Source: Acidimicrobiales bacterium
GTDB lineage: Bacteria; Actinomycetota; Acidimicrobiia; Acidimicrobiales; CADCSY01
NCBI GenBank assembly: GCA_035540955.1
Contig: DATLFP010000009.1
Location: forward strand, 845 to 64,844
Reading direction: 5' to 3'
Length of the DNA stretch: 64,000 nt
Shown piece by piece: positions 1 through 9,196 of this stretch. The first letter of the stretch is position 1. Each line of letters opens with the position of its first letter. The translations under genes were made by a program, and so were the position numbers. The notes beneath the pieces are model-generated. The model did not search any database and was not told the DNA's origin. It saw only the letters and a program-made list of their open reading frames with translations.

Positions 1-37
1 GGGGCTGGGGACCGTCGAGGAGATTCGCACGCTGCTC

Positions 38-2146
38 GTGCCGGGCGCCGTGGTCCCCGTGTTCCAGCCCGTCGTCCGGCTCGTCGACGGCAGGGTCATC
101 GGCTACGAGGCGCTTGCCCGCTTCCCCAAGGCGCCCGTCGACCGCTCGCCGTCTGAGTGGTTCGCGATGGCCGATGCCGTCGGGCTCCGCGTCGACCTCG
201 AGATGGCGTGCTGGTCGGCGGTCGCGCGCGTCGGCGCCCCGCCCGACGATGCGCTGCTCTTCGTCAACACCAGCCCGGTCACCCTGGTCGATCGCCGGCT
301 CGAGGTGCTGCGGCCCACGCTCCCGGAGCGGCTCGTCCTCGAGCTCACCGAGCAGGACGCGGTGCACGACTACGAGCTGCTGCGCAGCCGCCTGCAGTCG
401 TGGTCGAACGACGGCGTCCGCCTCGCCATCGACGACACCGGTGCCGGCTACTCGAGCCTGCAGCACGTGCTGCAGCTGGCGCCCGAGTTCCTCAAGCTCG
501 ACCGCTCCCTGATCGAGGGCGTCGACCGCGACCGCAGCCGTCGGGCGCTCGTCTGGTCGCTCGTGGCCTTCGCCCGGGAGGTCGGCGCGACGGTGATCGC
601 CGAGGGCGTCGAGCGCCAGGAGGAGCTCGCCGTGCTCCGCGAGGCGGGCGTCCACCTCGCCCAGGGATGGCTGCTGGGGCGGCCCGGGCCCCCGTGGCCC
701 CGCAACGCCTTCACGCCCGAGCGGGATCTGGCCGCGGTCACCCCCGCCAACGCCGTCGAGGAGGAAGAGCGGTTCCTGCGGTCGCTGCGCCACAGCCGCG
801 ACGCCACCGAGGCGGCCACGGCCGTGTGCGAGCACCTCCACCGGTGGGGCCAGCTGATGCCCAGCGTGTACATCGCGCGTGACGGGTTGCTGCGCTGCCT
901 CGCCCAGCGCGGGTACTGGCAGATCCTCGACGGGCTCCCCGAGGGTGTCGGGGTCCTCTCGTCGGTGATGCGCTCCGGGCAACGGGTGGCGCTCCACGAT
1001 CTCGGCCCCGCCGACTTCCTCGAGGCCGCCCCCGGCGTCGTGGCCGAGATCGCGGTGCCGCTGTGGGTCGGCGGACGGGTGATCGGCGGGCTCAACGTCG
1101 AGTCGCTCAGCCCCCTGACCGCCGAGGCCGAGGAGGAGATCGACCGGTGCGCGGCGCTCCTGTCGGTCCGCCTCGCGGAGGTCGGCACCGAGCGGGCCGA
1201 CTCCCCGCTCGCCCGGCTGGCCCGAACCTCCAAGGAGCTGGCCGGGCTGTCCGATCACGACGCGATCCGGCGGGCCGTCGTGCGAATGGCGTGTGAGGTC
1301 TCGGGGATGAGCAGTGCGCTTCTCGCCGAGCGGGCTCCCGACGGCACCTTGGCACTGGTCGAGACCGCCGGCCCGCTCGCCGACGCGTTCGCGTCGATCC
1401 CCGAGGAGCACATCGACCGGCTGGCGGCGATGGTCGACCGCGTCAGCTCGTGCTACACCGCCGGCGACGTCACCGGCCGCCCCGTCGCCGGGACCGAGAC
1501 GCTGCGGGAGGCGGGCGCGATCGAGGTCGCCGTCCTGCCGCTGCTGTCGCTCGGCCGCCGGACCGGTGTGCTGGTCGTCGCCCACACGTCGGCCATGCAC
1601 CTCTCGACCGAAGAGATCGAGCCGCTCGAGCTGCTGGCCGCCGAGGCCGGTCGCTGCCTCGATCTGGCATCGACCGTCGCCGAGCTCCGGTACCGCGCGA
1701 CGCGCGATCCGTTGACCGACCTCGAGAACCACTCGGCCTTCTACGAGGCGCTGGGGTCGGACCGGCGGTCGTTCGCGGTGGCGATGCTCGACCTCGACGG
1801 CTTCAAGGCCGTGAACGACAGCGCCGGCCACCTCGTCGGGGACCACGTGCTGCGCGACGTGGCGCGGGCCATCGAAGCCGCGCTCCGGACCGAGGACCGC
1901 GTCTACCGGATCGGCGGTGACGAGTTCGCGGCGATCCTCCCGGGCCTCGACCTCGAGGCGGCCCGGGTCGTCGGCAAGCGGGTGTGCGCCGCGGCCCGCG
2001 AGGTGCTGGCCCCGTTCGGCGCGTCGCTGTCCGTCGGCATCACCGTGCCGCTGGCCGACGAGGCGGCGACGTCGTTCCTCGATCGCGCCGACCGCATGCT
2101 CTATGCCGCGAAGCGCGCGAGCGGCGGAGGCGTGGAGGTCGGCTAG
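38..2146 (+). CDS. c-di-GMP turnover protein, domain order EAL - GAF-like region - GGDEF
   Basis: 702-aa ORF. The N-terminus carries EAL-domain motifs (YEALARF, DDTGAGYSSL, KLDRSLI, EGVE, QGWLLGRP). The C-terminus carries RIGGDEFAAIL with an RTED (RxxD) I-site 5 aa upstream. The frame is open back to position 2, so the true start could lie left of the window. Confidence 0.85.
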   Translation: MPGAVVPVFQPVVRLVDGRVIGYEALARFPKAPVDRSPSEWFAMADAVGLRVDLEMACWSAVARVGAPPDDALLFVNTSPVTLVDRRLEVLRPTLPERLVLELTEQDAVHDYELLRSRLQSWSNDGVRLAIDDTGAGYSSLQHVLQLAPEFLKLDRSLIEGVDRDRSRRALVWSLVAFAREVGATVIAEGVERQEELAVLREAGVHLAQGWLLGRPGPPWPRNAFTPERDLAAVTPANAVEEEERFLRSLRHSRDATEAATAVCEHLHRWGQLMPSVYIARDGLLRCLAQRGYWQILDGLPEGVGVLSSVMRSGQRVALHDLGPADFLEAAPGVVAEIAVPLWVGGRVIGGLNVESLSPLTAEAEEEIDRCAALLSVRLAEVGTERADSPLARLARTSKELAGLSDHDAIRRAVVRMACEVSGMSSALLAERAPDGTLALVETAGPLADAFASIPEEHIDRLAAMVDRVSSCYTAGDVTGRPVAGTETLREAGAIEVAVLPLLSLGRRTGVLVVAHTSAMHLSTEEIEPLELLAAEAGRCLDLASTVAELRYRATRDPLTDLENHSAFYEALGSDRRSFAVAMLDLDGFKAVNDSAGHLVGDHVLRDVARAIEAALRTEDRVYRIGGDEFAAILPGLDLEAARVVGKRVCAAAREVLAPFGASLSVGITVPLADEAATSFLDRADRMLYAAKRASGGGVEVG

Positions 2147-2160
2147 GTAACGTCGGCCCG

Positions 2161-2475
2161 ATGGCGGACGTGCTGACCGACGAGCAGATCGACAAGGCGC
2201 TGGCGGCGCTGCCCGGCTGGAGCCGGCGGCAGGGCGCGCTCCACCACGATGTCCGGTTCAAGGACTTCAACGAGGCGTTCGGGTTCATGACCCGCGTCGC
2301 CCTCGTGGCCGAGCGGCTCGACCACCATCCGGATTGGTCCAACTCGTGGAACACCGTGTCGATCGACATCGTGAACCACGCCGCCGGTGGGGTGACCCAG
2401 CGGTGCCTCGACCTGGCCCTCGCCATCGACGGCCTGTACCGCGTCACCCACGAGTCCGAGATCACCACCACCTGA
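2161..2475 (+). CDS. pterin-4-alpha-carbinolamine dehydratase (PCD/DCoH family)
   Basis: ATG at 2161 inside the 1984..2475 ORF. The 104-aa product has LPGW and FGFMTRVALVAERLDHHPDWSNSWNTV, typical of the family. Confidence 0.85.
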   Translation: MADVLTDEQIDKALAALPGWSRRQGALHHDVRFKDFNEAFGFMTRVALVAERLDHHPDWSNSWNTVSIDIVNHAAGGVTQRCLDLALAIDGLYRVTHESEITTT

Positions 2476-2529
2476 CGCTGACGCCCACGAGGTCACGGTG
2501 CAGGCAGCCACCCCCGTGGTGGTCCCGTG

Positions 2530-3171
2530 CTACGACCTCTCGCGTCGTGGCCCCGCGAACCGGTCGGCGTCGAAGCCGTCGGGGGCGGCGACCTCGGCGA
2601 TGCGCTCCGGCACGTCGTCAAACTCGAGCTTCAGGGCGCGGCTGATGACGGCGTGCATCTCGTACATCGCCGTGATGTAGGTGAGCTCGAGGATCTCCTC
2701 GTCCGACAGGTGCCGCTGCAGTGCGGTGAAGACCTCGTCGGGGACGCGGCCGCCGTCGAACACGAGGCAGTCGGTGTACGCGAGCACAGCCCGCTCGGCG
2801 TCGTCGAAGCAGTCGGCGACCGGCCACGACGGGATGGCGGCGATCTTCTCCTCGGGCATCCCGAGCCCCCGGCACGACTTGCAGTGCTGGGAGTACACGA
2901 ACTGGCTCTGGCGGGCCCAGCCGACGCGGGTCTGGCCCAGCTCGCGCAGCAGCGGATCGAGGCGGCGGGCGGGGCTCCGGTAGAGGCCGAAGCCGCGCAC
3001 GGCGTGATCGAGGATCTCGGGGTCGAGAGCGAAGACCGTCCACCAATCGCCGGGGCTGCCGGTGTCGGTGCCCGGTTCGGCGACCGGGTCGCGATCGCCG
3101 AACAAGAGGTCGTACAGCGGCAGCACCGACGGGGCGGCGTCGGCGCGGGGGACCTGGCGAAGTCGAGGCAT
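2530..3171 (-). CDS. carboxymuconolactone decarboxylase (AhpD-like) family protein
   Basis: 213-aa ORF with a CMD/AhpD-like helical core (QSQFVYSQHCKSC..., ELTYITAMYEMHAVISRAL). It lies on the same strand immediately downstream of sufU. Confidence 0.65.
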   Translation of the reverse strand: MPRLRQVPRADAAPSVLPLYDLLFGDRDPVAEPGTDTGSPGDWWTVFALDPEILDHAVRGFGLYRSPARRLDPLLRELGQTRVGWARQSQFVYSQHCKSCRGLGMPEEKIAAIPSWPVADCFDDAERAVLAYTDCLVFDGGRVPDEVFTALQRHLSDEEILELTYITAMYEMHAVISRALKLEFDDVPERIAEVAAPDGFDADRFAGPRRERS

Positions 3172-3217
3172 GCCGTGAGTCTTCCCCGCACCGGGTCCGG
3201 TCGGCGGGCCGGCGCGC

Positions 3218-3715
3218 TCAGGACGCCTGATGCACCTCGTCGAGGGCCTGGGTCAGGGTGTTCCAGGAGAGGGTGGCGCACTTGATGCGGACGGGGAACT
3301 TGACGACGCCCTGCAGCGCCTCGAGGTCGCCCAGCTTCACCTCGGGGTCGGGAACCGGGGTGTCGGTGCCGCTGCCGTCGGGCTCGCCGTCACCTTCGAG
3401 CTTCGATTCGTGGATCGACATGAGCGCCTTGAACGCACGGGTGAGCGCGCGGGCCTCGTCGATCGTCTTGCCCTTCACGGCGGCCGACATCATCGACGCC
3501 GACGACTGGCTGATCGAGCAGCCCTGGCCTCCGACCTTCAGGTCGCGGATGACGCCACCGCCGTCGACCTCGACGTAGAGCACGATCTCGTCGCCGCACA
3601 GCGGGTTGAACCCCTCGGCCCGATGGGCGGGAGGCGACGGGAGCTCGCCACGGTTCCGCGGGTTGCGGTAGTGGTCGAGGATGATCTCGCGATAGAGGTC
3701 TTCGAGTCCGGGCAT
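3218..3715 (-). CDS. sufU: SUF-system Fe-S cluster scaffold SufU (IscU/NifU-like)
   Basis: 165 aa with LYREIILDHYRNPRN, NPLCGDEI, GQGCSISQSSASMM and VKFPVRIKCATLSW motifs. It lies downstream of sufS. Confidence 0.9.
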   Translation of the reverse strand: MPGLEDLYREIILDHYRNPRNRGELPSPPAHRAEGFNPLCGDEIVLYVEVDGGGVIRDLKVGGQGCSISQSSASMMSAAVKGKTIDEARALTRAFKALMSIHESKLEGDGEPDGSGTDTPVPDPEVKLGDLEALQGVVKFPVRIKCATLSWNTLTQALDEVHQAS

Positions 3716-3727
3716 CTGTCTCTCTGT

Positions 3728-4963
3728 CTAGAAGAAGAAGTCGGCGCAGGCGAGCAGGGCATCGGCGAGTGCGTCGACGTCGTCGGTGTCGTTGTAGACG
3801 TAGAAGGACGCCCGTGCCGTCGCGCCCACGCCGAGGCACCGCATGAGCGGCTTGGCGCAGTGGTGGCCGGCCCGGACGCAGACACCCGACTGGTCGAGCA
3901 CCTGGGTGATGTCGTGCGGGTGGATGTCCTTGAAGCCGAGGGAGAGCACGCCTCCCCGGTCGCCGTCGGCGGGCGGGCCGTGGATCACGAGGTCGTCACC
4001 GAGGCGCTCGGTGAGGGTCTCGATGGCATAGGCGGTGACCCGCCGCTCGTGGGCCCACACCGCGTCCATGCCGTACCGGTCGAGCTCGTCGCAGGCGACG
4101 GCCAGTCCGATGGCCTCGGCGATCGGCGGGGTGCCGGCCTCGAACTTGTGCGGGAGTCCCTCGGGAGTGAAGCCGTCGAGGCGGACCTCGCGGATCATCC
4201 CGCCGCCGCCGAGGAACGGGGGCATGGCGTCGAGCAGGGCCTCGCGGCCCCACAGCACGCCGATGCCGGTGGGGCCGAGCATCTTGTGGCCGGTGAAGGC
4301 GACGAGGTCGGCGCCCATCGCCTGCACGTCGGTGGGCAGGTGGGGCACGTACTGGGCGGCGTCGATCACCGCGATCGCGCCGGCGGCGTGGGCGGCGTCG
4401 ACGAGGTGGCGGATCGGCGGGATCGTCCCGAGCACGTTCGACATCGCCGTGAACGACAGCACCTTGGCGCCGTCGAGCGTCTGCTCGAGATCGCTCAGGT
4501 CGAGCACGTGATCAGGCGTGACCCGCAGCCACCGGATCTCGAAGCCGATCTGCTCCTGGAGGATCTGCCACGGCACGATGTTCGAGTGGTGCTCCATCTC
4601 CGTGAGGACCACGATGTCGCCGGCGCGCAGGTTCGCCCGACCCCAGGATCCGGCGACGAGGTTGAGGGCCTCGGTGACGTTCTTGGTGAAGAGGATCTCG
4701 TTCTCCGACGGCGCGTTGACGAAGCGGGCCACTCGCCGGCGGGCCGCCTCGTAGCGGGCGTCGGCCTCCTGGGCGATGGCATACACGCCGCGGTGCACGT
4801 TGGCGTGCGTCGTCTCGTAGTACTCGCTCATGGCGTCGATCACCGCCCGGGGCTTCTGCGACGACGAGGCCGAGTCGAGGTAGACGAAGGGACGGCCGAG
4901 CGAGGCGTGGTGCTCGATGATCGGGAAGTCCTTGCGGACGGCGGCGACGTCGAGCGCGCTCAC
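3728..4963 (-). CDS. sufS: cysteine desulfurase SufS (class V aminotransferase)
   Basis: 411 aa with HANVHRG, the PLP-lysine region FTGHKMLGPTGIGVLWG and the catalytic loop RAGHHCAKPL. It has a 4-nt overlap with sufC. Confidence 0.95.
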   Translation of the reverse strand: MSALDVAAVRKDFPIIEHHASLGRPFVYLDSASSSQKPRAVIDAMSEYYETTHANVHRGVYAIAQEADARYEAARRRVARFVNAPSENEILFTKNVTEALNLVAGSWGRANLRAGDIVVLTEMEHHSNIVPWQILQEQIGFEIRWLRVTPDHVLDLSDLEQTLDGAKVLSFTAMSNVLGTIPPIRHLVDAAHAAGAIAVIDAAQYVPHLPTDVQAMGADLVAFTGHKMLGPTGIGVLWGREALLDAMPPFLGGGGMIREVRLDGFTPEGLPHKFEAGTPPIAEAIGLAVACDELDRYGMDAVWAHERRVTAYAIETLTERLGDDLVIHGPPADGDRGGVLSLGFKDIHPHDITQVLDQSGVCVRAGHHCAKPLMRCLGVGATARASFYVYNDTDDVDALADALLACADFFF

Positions 4964-5724
4964 GCTTGCCCGATGCCTTCGTAGCCCTCGCGCTCGAGCC
5001 GCTCGGCCAGGTCCGGCCCCCCGCTCTCGACGATGCGGCCACCCATGAGGATGTGCACGCGGTCCGGGGTCAGCAGATCGAGGATCCGCTGGTAGTGGGT
5101 GATGAGCACGACGCCGAGCTCGGGGCGGTCCTTGCGGACCTCGTTCACGCCGCGGGCGACGATGCGGAGGGCGTCGATGTCGAGACCGGAGTCGGTCTCG
5201 TCGAGGATGGCGAGGTCGGGCTCGAGGATCGCCATCTGGAGGACCTCGTTGCGCTTCTTCTCACCGCCCGAGAAGCCCTCGTTGAGGTAGCGGTCGGCGA
5301 AGGACGGGTCCATGTCGAGGCGGCCCATCCAGTCCATGATCGCGAGGCGGGTCTCGAGCGCCGACAGGTCCTCGATGCCCTTGCGGGCGGCGAGCGCCTG
5401 CTGGAGGAAGGAGCGGACCGGCACCCCGGCGATCTCCTGCGGGTACTGGAAGGCGAGGAAGATCCCCGCCTTGGCCCGCACGTCGGTCGGCCAGTCGGTG
5501 ATGTCCTCGCCCTTGTAGCGGATGTGGCCGCCGGTCACCGCGTACTCGGGGCTGCCCAGGAGGGTGCTGGCGAGGGTCGACTTCCCGGAGCCGTTGGGGC
5601 CCATGAGGGCGTGGACCTCGCCGGGCTGGACCCGCAGGTCGACGCCCTTCAGGATCTCGACGGGGACGCCCTCGTCGGCGACAGCGACGTGGAGGTCCTC
5701 GATCTCGAAGAGCGGCTCGGCCAC
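4960..5724 (-). CDS. sufC: Fe-S cluster assembly ATPase SufC
   Basis: 254 aa with Walker A GPNGSGKSTL, the ABC signature FSGGEKKR and Walker B ILDETDSGLD. GTG start at 5724. Confidence 0.95.
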   Translation of the reverse strand: MAEPLFEIEDLHVAVADEGVPVEILKGVDLRVQPGEVHALMGPNGSGKSTLASTLLGSPEYAVTGGHIRYKGEDITDWPTDVRAKAGIFLAFQYPQEIAGVPVRSFLQQALAARKGIEDLSALETRLAIMDWMGRLDMDPSFADRYLNEGFSGGEKKRNEVLQMAILEPDLAILDETDSGLDIDALRIVARGVNEVRKDRPELGVVLITHYQRILDLLTPDRVHILMGGRIVESGGPDLAERLEREGYEGIGQA

Positions 5725-5730
5725 CCCGCC

Positions 5731-5736
5731 AGTGTA
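5731..5736 (-). promoter_or_regulatory. candidate -10 box TACACT, 6 nt upstream of the sufC GTG (leaderless-type promoter)
   Basis: The minus-strand sequence reads TACACT-ggcggg-GTG. The surrounding 60 bp (5725-5785) is the only AT-richer stretch locally. Confidence 0.35.
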
Positions 5737-5785
5737 TTCGCACTACCTGGATAGGAGAAACCTCGATGCGCCTATTCTGCGGCGT

Positions 5786-6934
5786 TCACGGCTTCCCGGC
5801 TCGTACGAACTCGAAGTGGACCGGGTCAGGGTCGAGCCAGCGACCCCCCCAGGTGAGCCCCCAGCGCTCCATCACCTCGACGAGTCCGGGCGCGGCCGGC
5901 ATCGGTACGAGGTCGACCGCTGCACCCCAGGCGTGGCGGGACGGGTGGTCCCCGCCGGCGATGGTGCGCGGGTTCCAGCAGCCGGAAGCCGTGCGGTCGA
6001 TGGTCTCCAGCAGGCCACGGTCGGCGAGCTCGGTGAGCGCCGAGCGCAGCACCGGGACGAGGTCGCGGTGGCATCGGATCCGGCCGAGCACCGGCATGTC
6101 GACCGACACCAGCCACTCGGCCATCCAGGCGGCGTCGAGCTCGAGGCGACCCCCGCCGAGTCGGCGAGCGCTCCACTCGCCGAAGGTGACCTTCAGCACC
6201 GACGGTGGCAGCACCGCGTCGCCATGACGCAACCACGGCGTCTCGCCGGGCCCGCGGACCCGCACCGCCATGTCGCCGACAGCGGCACGGATCTCATGCT
6301 CGGCCGCGGAGCGGTCACCCTCGAACTGGACGAGCACGTAGCGCTCCGTGCGCACGCCGGCGGCAGGGGCGTCCGCAGAAGCCAGCACGAGCTCGGCCGC
6401 CCCCACCGCCTCGTCGGCGATGACGCCGGCGACGCGCAGCTCGCGGCCACCGTCGAGCGTGATGGTGCCGCCTCGGTCGAGGCGGCGAAGACGCGCCGAC
6501 GTGGCCCCGAGGAGCGCCTCACCGGGACCGAGGGCGCAGACGGCAGTCGCCTCGGCGAGAGGGACCAGCGGCGACCAGGTCTCGCAGTCGAAGGCGACGG
6601 CGTCGAGGGGTATGGCGAAGCCGGCATCGAGGACATCCACCGGACGGCCGGACGTGTCAGTCGAGCCCGTCATCCAGACGGTGTCGGCCGAGACGGCCGA
6701 CACCGGTCCCATGCCCGTCGCCGCGACCCGATCGGCCATGCCGGCCGGGAGCCCGCCCGTGGTCCAGACGAGAAGAACGCCGCCCCGCGGCGCGGGCACC
6801 GGCTCACGGTCGATGGCCGCCACCGTCGCCGGCGGGAGGACGACGGTCACTTCACCGTCGCGCAGCGCGGAGGTGGCGGCTGCTCCCGCGATGGTTCCCG
6901 CGAGCAGAGCGGTGACCAGTGCCAGCCGTCTCAT
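5786..6934 (-). CDS. secreted M15-family (VanY / D-Ala-D-Ala carboxypeptidase-like) peptidase
   Basis: The C-terminus reads SRHAWGAAVDL...WGLTWGGRW...DPVHFEF, typical of the peptidase M15 zinc site. The preferred start is MRRLALVTALLAGTIAGAAA (signal peptide) at 6934, which gives an ATGA overlap with the anti-sigma stop. The track ORF extends to 7027. Confidence 0.75.
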   Translation of the reverse strand: MRRLALVTALLAGTIAGAAATSALRDGEVTVVLPPATVAAIDREPVPAPRGGVLLVWTTGGLPAGMADRVAATGMGPVSAVSADTVWMTGSTDTSGRPVDVLDAGFAIPLDAVAFDCETWSPLVPLAEATAVCALGPGEALLGATSARLRRLDRGGTITLDGGRELRVAGVIADEAVGAAELVLASADAPAAGVRTERYVLVQFEGDRSAAEHEIRAAVGDMAVRVRGPGETPWLRHGDAVLPPSVLKVTFGEWSARRLGGGRLELDAAWMAEWLVSVDMPVLGRIRCHRDLVPVLRSALTELADRGLLETIDRTASGCWNPRTIAGGDHPSRHAWGAAVDLVPMPAAPGLVEVMERWGLTWGGRWLDPDPVHFEFVRAGKP

Positions 6935-8628
6935 GGCCGGGGCTCCAGGGCGCCGGCGAGGTCGACGAGCTCGGCGAGGCCCACGGTCGCGCTGCGCAAC
7001 GTCCAGAGCCGGCCGCGCTCGACCCACTCGAGCTCACCCCGGCTCGGGCTCCACCGGCCGACCCCGCCGCGCACGACCACACCCGTCGCGTCAGGATCGA
7101 ACGGGGGGCTGAGGGTGCGGTCGGCCCGGCTCGCGAGGACGACGGCCCGGTCGCCGGGGCCGGCGTAGACGAGCACCGCGGTTCGCTCGTCGAGACGGAC
7201 CGCGGGTTCGCCCGGCCACCGCTCGCCCGGCAGGACGAGATGACCGGGAAGGGCCTGGGCGAGGTCACCGATCGAGGCGGTGTACCGCTCGGCCCACCCG
7301 AGGGGGACGGAACGGCCCTCGATGCCGAGGGAGGAAGCGACACGAAGCAGGTCAGCCGGTGCCACGCTGCCGCTCACGACCACGTCGATGCCGTCACCGT
7401 GGATGGCGACGGCGCCGCCGTCCTCGGCTGCGTACGCGATGCCATCGCCGAGGACGAGCTCGCGGACGACGGAGCCGAGGCCACCGAAGAGCCGCTTGCC
7501 GGTCCAGCTCGTCGTGGCTCGTACCTTCAGCCACGCACGGCCATCTGTCCATGTTCCGACGGCGACGTCGCCGAGGGTGCCGGTCATGTGGGCCGTCATC
7601 CCGCGGGGCAACCACGCGGGGATCGGCACGGCAGAGGGGGAGGGACGGAACCCGTAGTCGATGGCGCCGTCGACCGCGGGCGGGCCAAGGTCATCCACGG
7701 TGCGAGCGTCGTTGATGACGACGCCATCGAGCCGCATCTCCACGATGACATCGCCCGGTCGCTCGGCGTGGCCGCGAGCCGCCGCCCATCTGGCCCGATC
7801 GGGCCCGTCGGCGGCGCGGACCGCCAGTCGCAGCGGTACCAGATACTGGTCGTCGAGCCACAGGTCGACGAGGTCCGTTGCGTGAACGTCGCGGCCCTCG
7901 CCGCCGGGGCGCAGGCCGGACAGCAGGGCGCCCACCTGGGCGGCCGGCACTCGCACGCCGAGGGCCTCTCGACCGTCGATCACGTCGCGCCCGAGGCTGA
8001 CCGGTTCGTCGGCGCCGATGAAGCCGGCCGCGGGCAGGACAAGGTCAAGCGGCAGAGGATCGCCGGCGTCGAACGGCTCGACACCCGACCGCGCAACGAC
8101 GGTGCCGTCGGCGCCACGGAGGAGCCACCGGTCGCCGCCCGCGACGAGGGCAGCGTCGCCGAGCCGGAGCTCGAGGGTGTCCGGAGCCCGGTAGCGCAGC
8201 GTGCCGATGCGGTGCCGTGCGGGCGAGCGCTCGGTCACGGTGATCGACGCCACGAGCGACGCGACCTCACGCTGGGCAGCGACGACTCGGCTCGGAAGTC
8301 CGGCGGCTGCGATGCCGTCGTCGGGCGCGATCGGCCAGACGAACGCGGCGCCGGCCACGAGCCCGACGGCGAATGCGGCGGCGGCCGGGAGGAGGCGCCG
8401 GCCGCGGGAGTGTCCATCGCGAGGGGCGTCCGGGAGCTCGGCGACGACGCGGTCGCTCACGTCCGGCGCGCCCGCGAGCAGCTCGAAGCGCAGCACCGAG
8501 CGAAGACGCCGCGCCTCGCGCTCGAACCGAGCGCACTCGCTGCAGACCGCGAGATGATCGGCATCGAACGTGTCGGGCTCGCCGTCGAGCGCCGCCGAGA
8601 TCGCGGCCCGGATCTCGTCACAGGTCAC
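6931..8628 (-). CDS. ZAS-type anti-sigma factor with a large extracytoplasmic domain
   Basis: 565 aa. The N-terminal zf-HC2 motif is HLAVCSEC (H-x3-C-x2-C). One hydrophobic segment (LLPAAAAFAVGLVAGAAFVW) is followed by ~470 aa that I cannot assign. GTG start at 8628, overlapping the sigma-factor stop by 11 nt. Confidence 0.75.
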   Translation of the reverse strand: MTCDEIRAAISAALDGEPDTFDADHLAVCSECARFEREARRLRSVLRFELLAGAPDVSDRVVAELPDAPRDGHSRGRRLLPAAAAFAVGLVAGAAFVWPIAPDDGIAAAGLPSRVVAAQREVASLVASITVTERSPARHRIGTLRYRAPDTLELRLGDAALVAGGDRWLLRGADGTVVARSGVEPFDAGDPLPLDLVLPAAGFIGADEPVSLGRDVIDGREALGVRVPAAQVGALLSGLRPGGEGRDVHATDLVDLWLDDQYLVPLRLAVRAADGPDRARWAAARGHAERPGDVIVEMRLDGVVINDARTVDDLGPPAVDGAIDYGFRPSPSAVPIPAWLPRGMTAHMTGTLGDVAVGTWTDGRAWLKVRATTSWTGKRLFGGLGSVVRELVLGDGIAYAAEDGGAVAIHGDGIDVVVSGSVAPADLLRVASSLGIEGRSVPLGWAERYTASIGDLAQALPGHLVLPGERWPGEPAVRLDERTAVLVYAGPGDRAVVLASRADRTLSPPFDPDATGVVVRGGVGRWSPSRGELEWVERGRLWTLRSATVGLAELVDLAGALEPRP

Positions 8629-9163
8629 CGGCGGCCTCCTCGGCGTCGAGCCACCGCACCAACCGTTCCCGAGCCCGGTGGACCCTGCTCTTCACGGTGC
8701 CCGCAGGTATGTCCAGCATCACGGCGGCGTCGGCGTAGGAGACCCCGAGCACCTCGACGGCAAGGATGGCTTCTCGGAGGTCGACTGGAAGGCTGTCGAG
8801 CGCCGCCCGCAGCTCGTGCCCATGCTCGGGCGATGGCGCCGTCGTCGCCTCGGGCAGCGATAGGCGGTCTCGCCGCTCCCGCGCGCGCAGCTCGTCGATC
8901 GCCGTGTTTCGCGCCACCCGGAACAGCCACGTCGTGAACCTGCTGCGCCCGTCGAAACCCGCCAGTCCCCGGTGGACACGAAGGAACGTCTCCTGCGTGA
9001 GATCCTCGGCCAGGGCGGCGTCGCCGACCAGGTGGCGCACGAATCGCCAGACCGCGGCCTGATACGACCGGACGAGCGCGGTGAAGGCGGCGACATCGCC
9101 GCCGGCCGCCGCTCGCAACGCCGCTGGGTCCGGCTCCTCCACGCGCCCCCTCTCGGCCGCCAA
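8618..9163 (-). CDS. ECF (group 4) RNA polymerase sigma-70 factor
   Basis: 181 aa. Region 2 reads DLTQETFLRVHRGLAGFDGRSRFTTWLFRVARNTAID. Region 4 reads YADAAVMLDIPAGTVKSRVHRARERL. Confidence 0.9.
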   Translation of the reverse strand: MAAERGRVEEPDPAALRAAAGGDVAAFTALVRSYQAAVWRFVRHLVGDAALAEDLTQETFLRVHRGLAGFDGRSRFTTWLFRVARNTAIDELRARERRDRLSLPEATTAPSPEHGHELRAALDSLPVDLREAILAVEVLGVSYADAAVMLDIPAGTVKSRVHRARERLVRWLDAEEAAGDL

Positions 9164-9196
9164 TGGTCGCTCATGCCGCCCGCGCCCCGCGGGGAG

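Noticed and set aside
3230-4984. 584-aa plus-strand ORF covering sufU and sufS
   Set aside because: It is antisense to two genes with unmistakable SufU/SufS motifs. The product is Gly/Arg/Val/Asp-rich with no recognisable motif. This is the typical high-GC shadow ORF.
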